The translations under genes were made by a program, and so were the position numbers. The notes beneath the pieces were generated by a model, which saw only the letters and a program-made list of their open reading frames with translations, made no database searches and was not told where the DNA came from. A DNA stretch of 57,030 nucleotides, filler included, from Sphacelaria rigidula (Eukaryota), in NCBI GenBank assembly GCA_964200075.2. It is 7 parts of 7 records of this genome, joined end to end, with 100 filler letters (N's around TTAATTAATTAA, not from the genome) between each part and the next. Parts side by side here need not be neighbours in the genome. Positions count along the whole stretch, not along the records: positions 8,163 to 16,224 come from CAXNAA020012444.1; positions 16,325 to 24,386 come from CAXNAA020012445.1; 5 more parts are not named here. One strand, written 5' to 3'. Below, piece after piece: positions 11,364-23,104 of the stretch. Position 1 is the stretch's first letter. Every line of letters begins with the position of its first letter.

Positions 11364-14224
11364 CTGTACGCAAGGTGTAAGATGAGCGGGCAGGGGATAC
11401 GAGCATTCAGGGAATCAGTAGTCGCTCACCATTCGACACTACATCGATTATGCTTTAGTGATTTTTCACAGGCATCCTCGTTGAATGAAGGCAGACTCGC
11501 CCGCTAGGTGAGCAATAAGAACGTGATGGCCAGGTGCTTGTCAAGTCGTGTGTCACGCGCGTGTTTCCAGGGCTACTGCAATCATCATGAAACAAAAAAT
11601 GGCACCACACCCCCAACCCATCTTTCACCACCAGGGGGCAGGGTGGTGTCACGCAAAGACAAGGATCCCAACCATGAAATTTGGAATAGCTTCTCTACAG
11701 TCAAGGCGTACTCCAAGAACAAAGGACATTCAACACAGATGAGGAGCGCACTTTCGATATACTTGATGGTACTTGATGATACTTGATACTGTAGATGGGA
11801 CGAATGCAGGGACAAAAGAGACAAGTCGCCCTATAATAGTGGAAGTTCTAATAATTTTTCACGCGCAGAAAAACGACAACGTTTACTTGAACAAGGGTGG
11901 CATGCACTCTAATCCTTACAAGCCAAGCTACCAGATGTAGTGAGGCCTCCGAGCTAAGGTTGATCAAGGTAATGAGCATGGCTCTGAAAGCGAAGTACGG
12001 GTGTAGAGCGTTTCAGATTATCATTATCTGCGTCACCCGGGTTTTACAGGTAGATTATGAACACGTATGTGTACACGATTTGGATGACACAGCGCGACTA
12101 GTCATGAAACGGTTCCCTGTTCAGGGTATCATCGATTACGAGGGAGGTATCATGTACGAGTCATGCGGTCATCACAGGTTGTTATCGGCGTATTGAGTAC
12201 ACCTGATTCGGATTACACGGGTGTGTCTGAGGAGGCGATGTACGGATAAAACGGAGTATACAAATCGCCTATGGGACCCTAGTACAAGCAACTCGGGCCA
12301 TACAGATCGCCGTCGAGCGGACTTTTACATATTACACGGGCCATACATATCGTTCATCAAGCCATGTGTACGGAGCAATCGGGATCTTCAGGTCACCAGC
12401 CGAGAAATATGTGTATAGGTCAAACGGATCATACGATATCAGGTCACTCGCAGATCGCAAAGGTCATACGGCTGATCGTCGGGCGGGCTTGCGGGAGCCA
12501 CCCGTGCTTCATCAACGCCGGCAATCTACACGTGGACGAATTTTCCCCGGAATTGTTTTGTCAGACACTAGCCGAACAGCGCCATGATGTGTCAATAAGC
12601 ATAGAGCTATAGCGATCCTTCCTCTTCCAGTCGCACATGGGTGCGCATCCTGAAGGAGGAAATACAAAAACAGTCATCTATATTGCCGCTGGCATAACTG
12701 ACCATACGCCTCATATACGCAAATCAAAACCATTGTTCCTCACCACTACTGCTACTGTTGTTACTGCTACCGAAGTGAACAAGTCCCACGGTTTTACAAG
12801 AAATTACGCTTCGCCGTAACGTTCAGCGCTAAGAGCACAAGAAGAAAAACGCTACCAGATGAAGCAGGCCTCTACGGTGTAAAGTTCGGGGTTAGGTTGT
12901 GAAGTAGAGGGATTTTCTACATTTTTTTAATTTGCAATTTCTTCAAGTTTCTATGAAAAAGCTTGCAACTGTTCATTTTCATTTCGCGTGTTTTCATGTC
13001 AAAATGTTCTTTGCTTCTATGATTCCACAGTGATACTCGTACATTCCACCAATCAATCGTGCGGGATACATACATGTGTACGGATATTTGTAGCTCCTTA
13101 ATGGAGTCACTCGGGCGTCAACTTCATGTTTCATGTGCCCAGATTGTTACAGTCAACCTATGGTATTGTGAAAATGTACCATATACCAGCGCTATAAAGG
13201 CTAGCATGTGAAGAATACTGAACACGGTTTCTTGTATACTGGATTCGGATTCCACGGGTAAGGGGTAGCTTTTGGTACACATAAGATTCAAATCACACGG
13301 GTCGATGAGAAGCTGCTGCGTTTGAACGAGCGAAGTTACATAGATGACAAATATGTGACGTTGTACAAATGACACAGTTCTGCAGATCAGTTCTTCATGA
13401 AAGTATGGGTGTGAAGCGGGTCATACAGCTCGTCACTCGGCAAATATGTACGGGTCAAACGGGTCCTACAGACGTCCATCGGACAAACGTGCACGGGTGA
13501 CAGCATGCTTCGGACAGATCGCGATCTATGCTCCCATGAGCCGACCCAGATATTTCACGATCTGATCCGTCCGACGTGTGAAACGTTTTGAGAGGCCGAC
13601 ACAACCTGGCCCAGAGCTATTATAGATACATCGAATTTATGTGATCACCGAAAACAGAGGAGATCGGTCGAGCTGCAGAGCTGCCCGTGGACCATTCCAC
13701 ACTCCACAGAAACGGTGCAGTAGGAAGATATCACATAATTCAATGGGTGGCAATGAGCAACACCTCACTTCTGCAGTTGGCGATATCGCCTGCAACGTAC
13801 TTAAACACTGATTTTATCGTCAATGTAGAAGGTTTTCAAACTGCTTCGGGTAGAGTAAGATACTAAACTAACCCTGGACCTTCAGAGGATTTTCAGTTCC
13901 CAGCACTTGCCGCCGCGCTCGGGTGGTCTGATGGTACAACGGAAAACATTAGGTTAAAAAAATGCGGGTCCTATTTCCGGCAGACACATTCAAGCTTTTC
14001 CACTCTCACGTATCTGATCTCCGTTGAGATCGTGAAAACGTGAGAAGCAGAAATAGTTTATTTGGTGGTGCAAGTCGACGCGGTGCGAAAGTGTTGGTCA
14101 CGATCCATCCCACCATACCACAATACAAAGCGTGTACTGCATGTAGAGGGGGGAGGTATGGGTCGATCCCTTGAGGCGTCGGGCTCGTCCCGAGGAAGGG
14201 GAGCGGCCGGAGGTGTGCTCAGGA

Positions 14225-15050
14225 CTATCTGGAGTATCGACTGCCGGGAACATTGAGTATCCCAAAGTACATGGAGTATTGATCCATCCAAAGTAGCGAG
14301 TATTACAGAGTACCCGGGGTATCGACTGTTGACGATATCGTGTGTTGTAGAGTACTTGGAGTACACGTCTGCCGAAAATTCCGAGCATTGCTGAATACCC
14401 GAAGTACTCGACTGCAGAAAAAACGAAGTACTTGGAGTACTCGAATGCAGAAAATATGGTGGGCTATGGAGTCCGCGATAAGACTGTTACGTGGAACGTC
14501 CGCCCTCAATACTGGACAGGATTCTGAACTGAGTATAGTACAGTGCACATATCGTGTATGTAAAAACGCATGAAGGTGGTCGGCGTCGGGTTGATAACGC
14601 GTGCGACACAAGCTTCAGGCGAGTCTTCAAACTTTCAACTTTCAACTTTCAAAAAGGTGCTTGAGAACAGAGTACGGTACTCGAGGTGCTCTGGATTTTC
14701 ACAGCGTTTTCAGCACTCACTACTTCGGAGTAGCTCGAGTACTGACTGCCGAAAATACGAGTATACTGGAGTAACTGGTGTACTGAGTCATTCACAGCAC
14801 TGAGTATTCCACAGTATCTGGATTATCGACTGCTGGAGTTCTGCTTGTTGCACAGTACCTGCGGTACTCGATTGTCGAAATGCGATATATTCCAGAGTAC
14901 CCAATGTTCTCGACTGTAGGAAATACCGAAAATACCGGAATACCTTGAGTATTGACTCATCCCAATAACGCAGTATTTCAGAGAATCTGGAATACCGACT
15001 CCTCCGAAGTACTGACTATTCCAGAGTACTCGAACTATGGACACCCCGAA
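14225..15050. repeat. Degenerate minisatellite-like region built on GGAGTACTCGACTGC-type motifs
   Basis: Ten or more variants, e.g. ggagtatcgactgccg (14231), gaagtactcgactgcag (14401), ggagtactcgaatgcag (14434), gagtactgactgccg (14737), cggtactcgattgtcg (14862). Confidence 0.7.
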
Positions 15051-15084
15051 TAACTGGTGGCCGGACTTTACCCTACTGATGGAA

Positions 15085-15240
15085 GGGGGGGTGTACTCAT
15101 TTGTTGCTTGCCCTAGTCGTTTGACCATTGACCACGCATCCCTTACGAGACGGAGCACTGATGGAGGAGGGGGGGTGTACTCATGATCATGCATGCCATA
15201 GTCATCAGACCATTGACCTCGCATCCCTACAAAGTTGGGG
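15085..15240 (-). repeat. Two adjacent copies (subfamilies B and A) of a short structured poly(C)-ended dispersed repeat
   Basis: Homologous to copies at 16140-16215, 48970-49035, 51042-51112, 51155-51200, 51620-51728, 52756-52833, 53446-53490 and 56957-57030. Core on the + strand here: gtgtactcat...gaccattgaccWcgcatccct...acggagcac. Confidence 0.85.
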
Positions 15241-16324
15241 GGAGGGGATTGTCGTGGAAAGTGCCCGATTGGGCATCCTATCATTCGCAATTTATTTGTG
15301 AGGTCGCGCACCTGCTGCACCTCGGAAGATTCAGACAGTTCCTCGATTCTGTCGATCATCAAATCATGAGACCTTCAACACCCTAGAAACCCGCTCATGA
15401 TGCCAAATCTATCGTTTCTTGTTGTATGTCCGTTCTCCAGGAGAATCGTGCCTAAAAATTGATGTAGCCGAATCGGCAGGAAACTCAACAAGCGCTGCGG
15501 AAAGTAACCCATTTATACCGCCTTCGGCAAGGATTTGTCGAAATAATATTCCGGGACACGTGGGCCCCAAGATCGAAAATTCGAGTTTTAGGGGGGAGGG
15601 GGGGAGGCACCCAGTCTACTGCCCCTCGTTTATTGCAGAGGCGTTGGCGGGTGCGGTCAGCTGCTGTGTACAAAGATCATTGGCATGGAGACCGCTGAGA
15701 TGATGGACACACCGCCCCCTCCAACCTCAACACTGACCATGATTCCATCTATGGGATCATGTTCCGTGTCGCGTGCCTCGACTACCTACCACTACTATAG
15801 TAGTCCAGGCGAATTTGGCGAGGCGTGAGATAATGTTGCCACTTTAGCGACAGGCTACCGTTAACGTGTGCTCGTCTATTGTACATGGATGTGTGTGAGC
15901 GTTGCCGGCATCCGAGGTCATCGGGACAGAGCGGGCAAGGAGCAGAAGCACATATACGGACCTCGCAAAGCCCGCCGACTTTTCGGTTTCTGTCAGTGTT
16001 TGTTGTTGATTGATTTCTTCCAACATTATCAACGAAACGAACCAAAAAGAATCACAAACAAAAGAAACGAAAAACATAAACATGATTTTTTTCCAAAAAC
16101 AGCCTTCCAGGAGGGGGCGGGAAGGGGGCGGCGGGGGGGGGAAGGGTGTACTCATGATCATGCATGCCATAGTCATCAAATCATTGACCTCGCCTCCCTA
16201 CAAAGGCGGGACGGTTTTCCCCGGNNNNNNNNNNNNNNNNNNNNNNNNNNNNNNNNNNNNNNNNNNNNTTAATTAATTAANNNNNNNNNNNNNNNNNNNN
16301 NNNNNNNNNNNNNNNNNNNNNNNN

Positions 16325-19300
16325 CGTTCAAAATCAACATTCCTTATGGTACGACACCTATCGCCATGCGTCCGTACCGTACAAACCCTCTTCTAGCGGG
16401 TAAAATTCAAGTAATTCTCGACGAATACTTGTCCGCCGGGTTAATACGGCACTCAACGTCTCCGTGGGCCTCGCCTTTGGTACTCGTCCGGAAGAAGAAT
16501 GGTAAGATCCGACTGACCGTCAATTATCAACGATTGAACGCAGTCACCAAAATCGCACGTCTACCTCTTCCCCGGATAGATGAAATCATCGACTCCCTCG
16601 GCGGGGGCAAAGTTTTTTCGAACGTCGACATGCAGTCCGGTTACCACCAACTGGTGATGGATCCGCACTCTATCGAGCTGACGGTGTTTTGCACCCCGTC
16701 AGGTCTTTATGAGTGGCTGGTCACTCCACAAGGTGCCGCCGGCGCCCCAGGAGCGTTTCAACGTGTGATGTTTCGCGTCATTGATGGACTGTCCAAATGC
16801 CGCATATACCTCGACGATGCGGTGGTTCAGGGCAGTACACCTGCTGAGCACGTCGAACGTTTGGCGTCCTTCTTTGCTCGTTTTGAACAACACAATTTGA
16901 AGCTCGCCCCATCTAAATCCCGAATTGGAGCCACGCGCATCGAGTTCCTAGGCCATTGTATCAGCCCTGACGGTCGCATCCCCAACCTCGACAAAGTTGC
17001 CGCACTTCGAGAGATGCCCATGCCACGCGATATCTCTCAACTGCGCTCTTTACTCGGTGGTTTGAGTTACTACCGGCAATATCTGCCAAATTTAGCCCAA
17101 GCTCTAAAACCCCTCACCACCCTCCTCAAGAAGGAGGTGAAATTTGTGTTCACGTCGGCAATGGAAAAAATTGTACGAGAGCAGCTCGACACATTGTCGA
17201 AGCCGCCAATTCTGATTTTTCCCGACTGGTCAGCTGCTGAAAATGGCTCCCGTCCGTTCCGACTGCACACGGATTCTTCGAAAATTGGGTTTGGCTGCAC
17301 ACTGGAACAGGAACAAGACGATGCTAGTGTTTGCCCCATTGTATATCTGAGCCGAACCACCTACCCAAACGAACAGAACTGGTCCATCATGGAACAAGAA
17401 GCCGGTGCAAGTGTTTGGGGAGTGCGATGACTCCGGCAATATTTGTATGACCTCCCGTTTGTGATCTATACAGACCATAAGTCTTTGGAAAATCTCGCCA
17501 AAATGGCGGAACACAACGCCCGGGTTAAACGCTGGTTTGAAATCCTGTCTTCCTACAGCTTCACGTTGAAGTACCGCACAGGTCCCCAAAACGAAAACGC
17601 CGACTTCCTGTCACGCTTGCCCTTGCCAGCCCAACCCATCGACAACTCCGCCTTGGGTCGCATCACAGACCCCACCGAAGACATTGTATATTTCATAAGC
17701 ACAAATGGTCATCGCGGACTCTATGCTCCACTCTCACTGAACCACAACTCGGCATTTTTTTTAATAAGCTGACACCTTCGGCTCACGCTTCTGTATTGGG
17801 CAGTTTGGCCCCACGATCGTTGTGTTCAGTTAGGAGTGAAATTCGTGCAACTACCGGCGGGTATGACCAATTTCGTGCGTATGTTCACCGGATGGTTTGC
17901 ACCGTAGAGCCGGTTTCTACTGACTGCGTCCTCCCGGTTCAAATCCGAGACCTCATCTCGAGCCGGACCCGAGGACACCGGGCCGCGGAAACGGCTGCCG
18001 CCCTGGCAGCAGCCGGCCCAGACCTCCTCATCCCCAACCCCATTCCAGTCCCCGATAGCCTCCTTGCGCCTCCGTTACCTCCACGACGCAAAGCCCCCAG
18101 AAAATCGACACCTTCCAAACCACCTCTGCCCACCATAGTCGAGACCTCGACTGTGCCTTCCCCACCCCGTGATGGTACCACCTCCGGTACCACACCATCC
18201 GACATCCTCCATAACGTAGGAATAGCGGTGAACGTTCCGTTTGAGAATACACTGACCACCCCTTGTGCCCTTGATCCCAATAACGCCTCGTGTCCACCCC
18301 ACCGCGATTCGATCCCCTGCGTTTTGGACAACCCCTCCGACAGTGTACTCAAGGAACTGACCCTATTTTCTCACGCCGATTGGGCCCGGGAACAGCAAGC
18401 TGAACCTGCTTGTAATGCAGCTATACGTTATTTATCAAAAGGATGCCCCTCCCCCTTTCCAGATGCGGAGTTCCTTCTGCCAGTAGGGCTCCACCGAGCC
18501 CCCACACAGGATGAAGTTACTGAATTATCGCGTAAAGGTGTGCTTTACACGGATGATGACGGCGTTGTTCTTTTAGTTCACCGGCCCCCCACGAACCCTC
18601 CTGGAGGGAAATCTACAAGTAGTCACGCCCGTTTGTTGGGTGATGCCCCCGTACGTATTTATGTTCCGATGCTTCTGCGTCCATGGGTTCTCCATGAATG
18701 CCACTCGCAAGCATCCACGCATCTAGGCGTCGCTAGGACATCTCAGATGCTTCAACGTTTTTTTTGGTGGATTTGTATGGACCAATGTGTGCGTTGGTGG
18801 GTTCGGCGGTGTCTTCTTTGCCAAGCACGCAAAACTTCACGTCAAACAGTTAGATGGCCGGTAATCTCTATGCCCCTTCCCAATGGGCCTGGTGAAATAG
18901 TTTCATGGGACTACTTTGGCCCTCTGCCCCTCACTGATAGTGGTAACAAGTACATTTTGTTGTTTACGGATCGGTTCAGTCGACATGCTGTGATGAATGC
19001 TGTTTCGGAAGCCAATTATAGTGCAGAAGGGACTGCCAACGTCCTTGTGTACACATACATCCCTCAGTGATGTGTTCCCAAACGTTTGTTATCCGATAAC
19101 GGCCCACATTTTGCCGGCAAACTTTCTGCCGCGATCAGTAATCTCCTGGGCGCCCATCGTATTTTTACTAGTTCATACCATCCGTCTACAAACGGTGGGA
19201 CCGAACGAGTTAATCACACGATGGCGCAAATGCTTGCCACAGTGACCAATGAGCGACAAACGGACTGGGACCTGCACTTGCCCCTTGTCCAAATGAACTA

Positions 19301-20558
19301 CAACAACTCCGTCAATGCCGCCACAGGCTTGGCTCCCAATGAAGTTCATATTGGTCGTATGCCCAGGCTGCCATTGACAGTGTTCGACAGGAAACCCCCT
19401 GGTGGTCATCAGAGTTTGGATCGGGATATCGTGGCGTATCATATGTCTGTTAGTAATCGTCTTCGTCTTGCATATGAGGTGGTACGGGAGCAGAATTTGA
19501 TCAACGCAGCAAAGGTAGCTAAGGCCAACCGCGTGTTGGATGATGCAGTGAACCACCGTCCGGTCTATAAAGTCGGTGCCTGGGCATGGGTATATAACGA
19601 TGTGAGAACTGTAACCCAAGGTGCGAGCTCTGCTAAGTCGTCGTCGGATAAGGTGTTGAAGTCGAAGCTTTGCTTGAATTGGACTGGTCCTTGGAAGATT
19701 TTGGCAGTTGGGCCCTGTGATACCGCCCCTGACGATAAACCGGTAGGTGAGAAGCTCTTGTATTTGGATTTTCCCACGGATGAACCTGGCGTCAAACCCA
19801 AAAACCGGGTCTCGATGCTTCGGTGCAAGCCGTGTCTGCCCCCTCACGACACTAGTGACCTGCCCAAGCAATTGCCTATGGGGCTCAGTCAGTATGTGCT
19901 CACCAGGTATGCGGCAAAATCCCCACCGTACCACATGACGGTTGAAGACGCTGACGGTCCTCTTGAACGTGTAGTGGTAGATCGCATCTCGGGCCACCAA
20001 TTAGTTCGCGGTCGCGGCGGTAAAATTGCGGTTATGTATCAGACTCACTGGACAGGTCTCATGCGTGTTACGTGGGAACGGGAGGAGGATTTGCGTCATT
20101 TTCGAAGAGAGATACTTTTATATTGGGTCGGAGATGTCGTCCAACACCGCCCGTTGAACAAACGATATCGGTCTATGCGAAAAGGCGCAGCAGCTCGTGA
20201 ACTGGCCCGAGAACACTCGGCACGCTTTGTCATTTCGGGCTATAGTCTCATTTCTCGTTCGCAATACCTGCGCTCTTTTTCGAAGAAACGTTTGCCGAAA
20301 GGTGCATATTTTTGGTACAGGGCTATGGATTCGCGGTGGTGGCTGGGGAAGATTCATTTGATAGACCCTGAGGCGGACGATTCGTACTACATCCGCTTCC
20401 TCGATGACCCGGGTCCTCTCAAGATCCGTCTCAACGACGATTACTACACCGAGATGCCGACCGCTCGCCGAGGATCTTGGTGCCTACAACGACACGACAG
20501 ATGGGACATCGACACAGCTGTCTTGCGCAACCCCGACACGGCGTGGGACACGAAATAA
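16325..20558 (+). mobile_element. Ty3/Gypsy pol (RT-RNase H-Pro-rich tether-integrase-chromodomain-Tudor-like domain), pseudogenised, 5'-truncated by contig edge
   Basis: RT: SPWASPLVLVRKK, LPRIDEII, DMQSGYHQL, IYLDD. RNase H: LHTDSSKIGFG, YTDHKSL, NADFLSR. IN: zinc finger H..H..CLLC, WDYFGP, SDNGPHF, NGGTER, and GPY/F-type WTGPWKI. Lesions: TGA at 17428, frameshift ~17760, TGA at 19068. Confidence 0.96.
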
Positions 20559-22400
20559 TCTTGATGGCGAATTCGCGTTCCTTCTGATTTTCTTCGTGTT
20601 CTTTAAAACCCCCCTGTTTTTTTGGGTTTTTTTCCTTGTCATGTCGTTGGTGTCGTTTCCTCGAGTTCCGTTGCGAGTCGGTTGTCTGCGTTTGTCCCGA
20701 CCACCCTTCGTAGTCCCCCTGGTCTGGTGTTTTTGTTGTTGTTTGTCTTTTTTCTGCTTCCGCTTGCCCTCGTCGTCTCGTTTCCCTCAACAACGTGTAG
20801 CCCGGTAGCCCACGTTTCCCTCGGCAGTACCCAGTAGCCGCGTATGTCGGTGTCCTGTAGTGAACCGTTGCCGCGTATGCCTGTTCCTGTACGCAGCTCT
20901 TGTGTTTCTTTTCCTTTTTATTAGCTCTTGTTTTTTTTTTACTTTTTTTTTTCTTCTTGTTTTTCTCGTTTTTCTTGTTTTCTATTTTTTTGTTCTGCCC
21001 TGTTTCCCCTTCTTCCTACCTTGCATGGTCCCCTGTTTTCCTTGTTTTTGTCTTTGGTTCTTCCTTTTGTATTCGGAGGCGGCCGACGCACCCCGTTGGT
21101 ATTCTCCAACACGCCCCGTACCAACCCCTTCCCGGGGCACGTACCCGGTGTGTGCGATTGTCCAACCACGTCCGCCATCAACCTCCCTAACGGACTGGTT
21201 CTTTCGGCGTACCCTGTTATTCGTGTCCCCCCTGCTCTTTTCTTTGTGTGTGTGTGTGTGTGTGTGTGTTTTTTGTTTTTGTTTTTGTTTTTGACAGCTT
21301 AATACCGTTGGACCCACGTCGGCTTTCGATGACCGGGTTGTGTGTTGTGCGTCCAACGAGCCCTCTCCTTGAGTACCGTCGCAGATTCTGTGTAATTGCT
21401 CGCTGTATCAGGTGTCCCATGTTCGGGAATATTTATTTTCTCTTGGATTATGTTCAGTTCCGTTGCTACAACAGTCCGCCAAAACAAAAAGCACCAGTCG
21501 TTTCGTTTTTCGCAGTCTCGAGGTCGTACATCCGGTCCGCCGCTTCGGAAATCAGTACGGTGGTTCGTTCTTGTTGTAGGGTTATTGCTGGCGAATTATC
21601 GCGTTGATGTGCTCGGCGGGAGTCTATCCTCCCGTTTGTATGCCCACCCTCTCGAGTATCTCGTCTGAACGGGCATGTATCTAAGAGCGGACCGCATCGG
21701 CCCCTCTTTCTGCATACTTGCCGTGGTTCACCACGAACGCATCGGATTACCCGCCTTGGATTTATCTCCTCCGGTTGTGTGTTATTCGTTGACGCTTTGT
21801 GGGACGATGTGGGCACCTTTTCAATTCGATGGGCCGCCCTTCATCGTCACGTTGGTGCATCATGTTGCCTCACGGCTGCATGTTGCTTTTGGTTTCCGGT
21901 GTCTTTCGCTCAGCGATTTTCTTTTCCCGCTTGAGCATTCAACACCGTCGCGTTCTACTGATGAACGAAGTGTGCGATCGTTTGTGCTTCCCCGGTACTG
22001 TGAAACGCCTTGGCGGGCTGCTTAACAAACTCTGACAGCGGAACTGGACGTCTAATGAGACATGAATTCCCCTTCGCATGATAGCAGTCAAGCTTTATAT
22101 CAAGGTTTTGTAGCGGACGGACTACTGGCTTGTTTTTTGTTTTTTTGCTGCTTTAGTTTTTTTTTTCATGGCGGATTTGTCCTAGATTCCCGGATATTTC
22201 GTAGCTTCTGGCGCCATATTTCCGAAGGTTGTCGTTTCTTGCGTTTTTCACACCCTTCGGGTTTTTTTTTCGTTTTCCATGTATCGTGTTGCCCTCTACG
22301 TCCCTGTCACAGGACTTCCCCCTTGACATGTCCGACATTTTCTTTTTATCATAGTATCTTGCTTTGCTTTTTTTTTTTTCTTTGGTGTGGGGGAATGGAA

Positions 22401-23104
22401 TGTGTGGGTAAAGCCACCTCGGTTCACTGCGTTCTCCTGCGATTGCTTACCCATTGGAGGCTAGTGTGATATGATGTGACTGCAGGACGTAGCCATGATT
22501 TTGGGCAAAAGTGACATTGAATGACGTGACATTTTTATGCTCAATTAGCAGAGAATTCGCTACCCCTTGAGGTTGACGTTCTACGGAGAGCATGTATTTG
22601 AATCAAAAAAATAAAGGTAGTGACCCAACCATGGCATGAATTCACGAGCACGCATTTTGGGATTGTGTATAACCTTAGATATGTTGATCTAGGGGGCGGC
22701 GAAGCGCGTTTCAAAGAGTAGCCCTACGCTCACTCTCTCTTCTCTTTCGGTTTTTGGCTGCGATTCACCAGTTTCCCATTGGAGTATCTACAGACCTCGA
22801 GAAAGTGAGTCCCAGAGATTAGAGCAGTAGTCGGGCTGCTGTTTTGTCTGGTGTATTTTATTGATCAAAGCTTAGGCCTGTTTCGGTTTGTGTTACAATT
22901 GTATGCTATAACTGAGCTGTAGATGAAGCTCGGATACAACCAATTGCGTGATAAAAGTACTATTCTGGTCTGTATTATTTGCTCGTTGTCTCCTTTGTGA
23001 AACAACTGTAGTCAGCCTGCGCTGCTGAACTGAGTGACCAAACAACGTACGCAGAGGTCTGAACCTGGAACAATCTCGGAGTGAACACCATTATAACCCC
23101 CACA
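22401..23104 (+). repeat. Putative 3' LTR of Gypsy element 1
   Basis: Follows the purine-rich PPT-like ggtgtgggggaatggaa (22384-22400). Begins tgtgtgggt and ends acccccaca (8/9 terminal inverted match, TG...CA). No second LTR is available in the contig to confirm. Confidence 0.6.

Noticed and set aside
15175-15235. Hammerhead ribozyme (CUGAUGA on the minus strand) or tRNA-Ala gene (GGGGGTGTA..CTCA)
   Set aside because: No GAAA/NUH core in the correct positions, CUGAUGA is not conserved among copies, and there is no cloverleaf or B box.
17755-17763. In-frame T TTT TTA slippery heptamer exactly where pol shifts to the -1 frame
   Set aside because: The homologous region in element 2 (32709-33986) is one continuous frame, and element 1 has other inactivating stops. 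A homopolymer indel is more likely than programmed frameshifting.
20860-21356. Phe-rich 'membrane protein' or env-like ORFs downstream of Gypsy pol
   Set aside because: T-rich low-complexity sequence is open in several frames on both strands, with no consistent protein signal.
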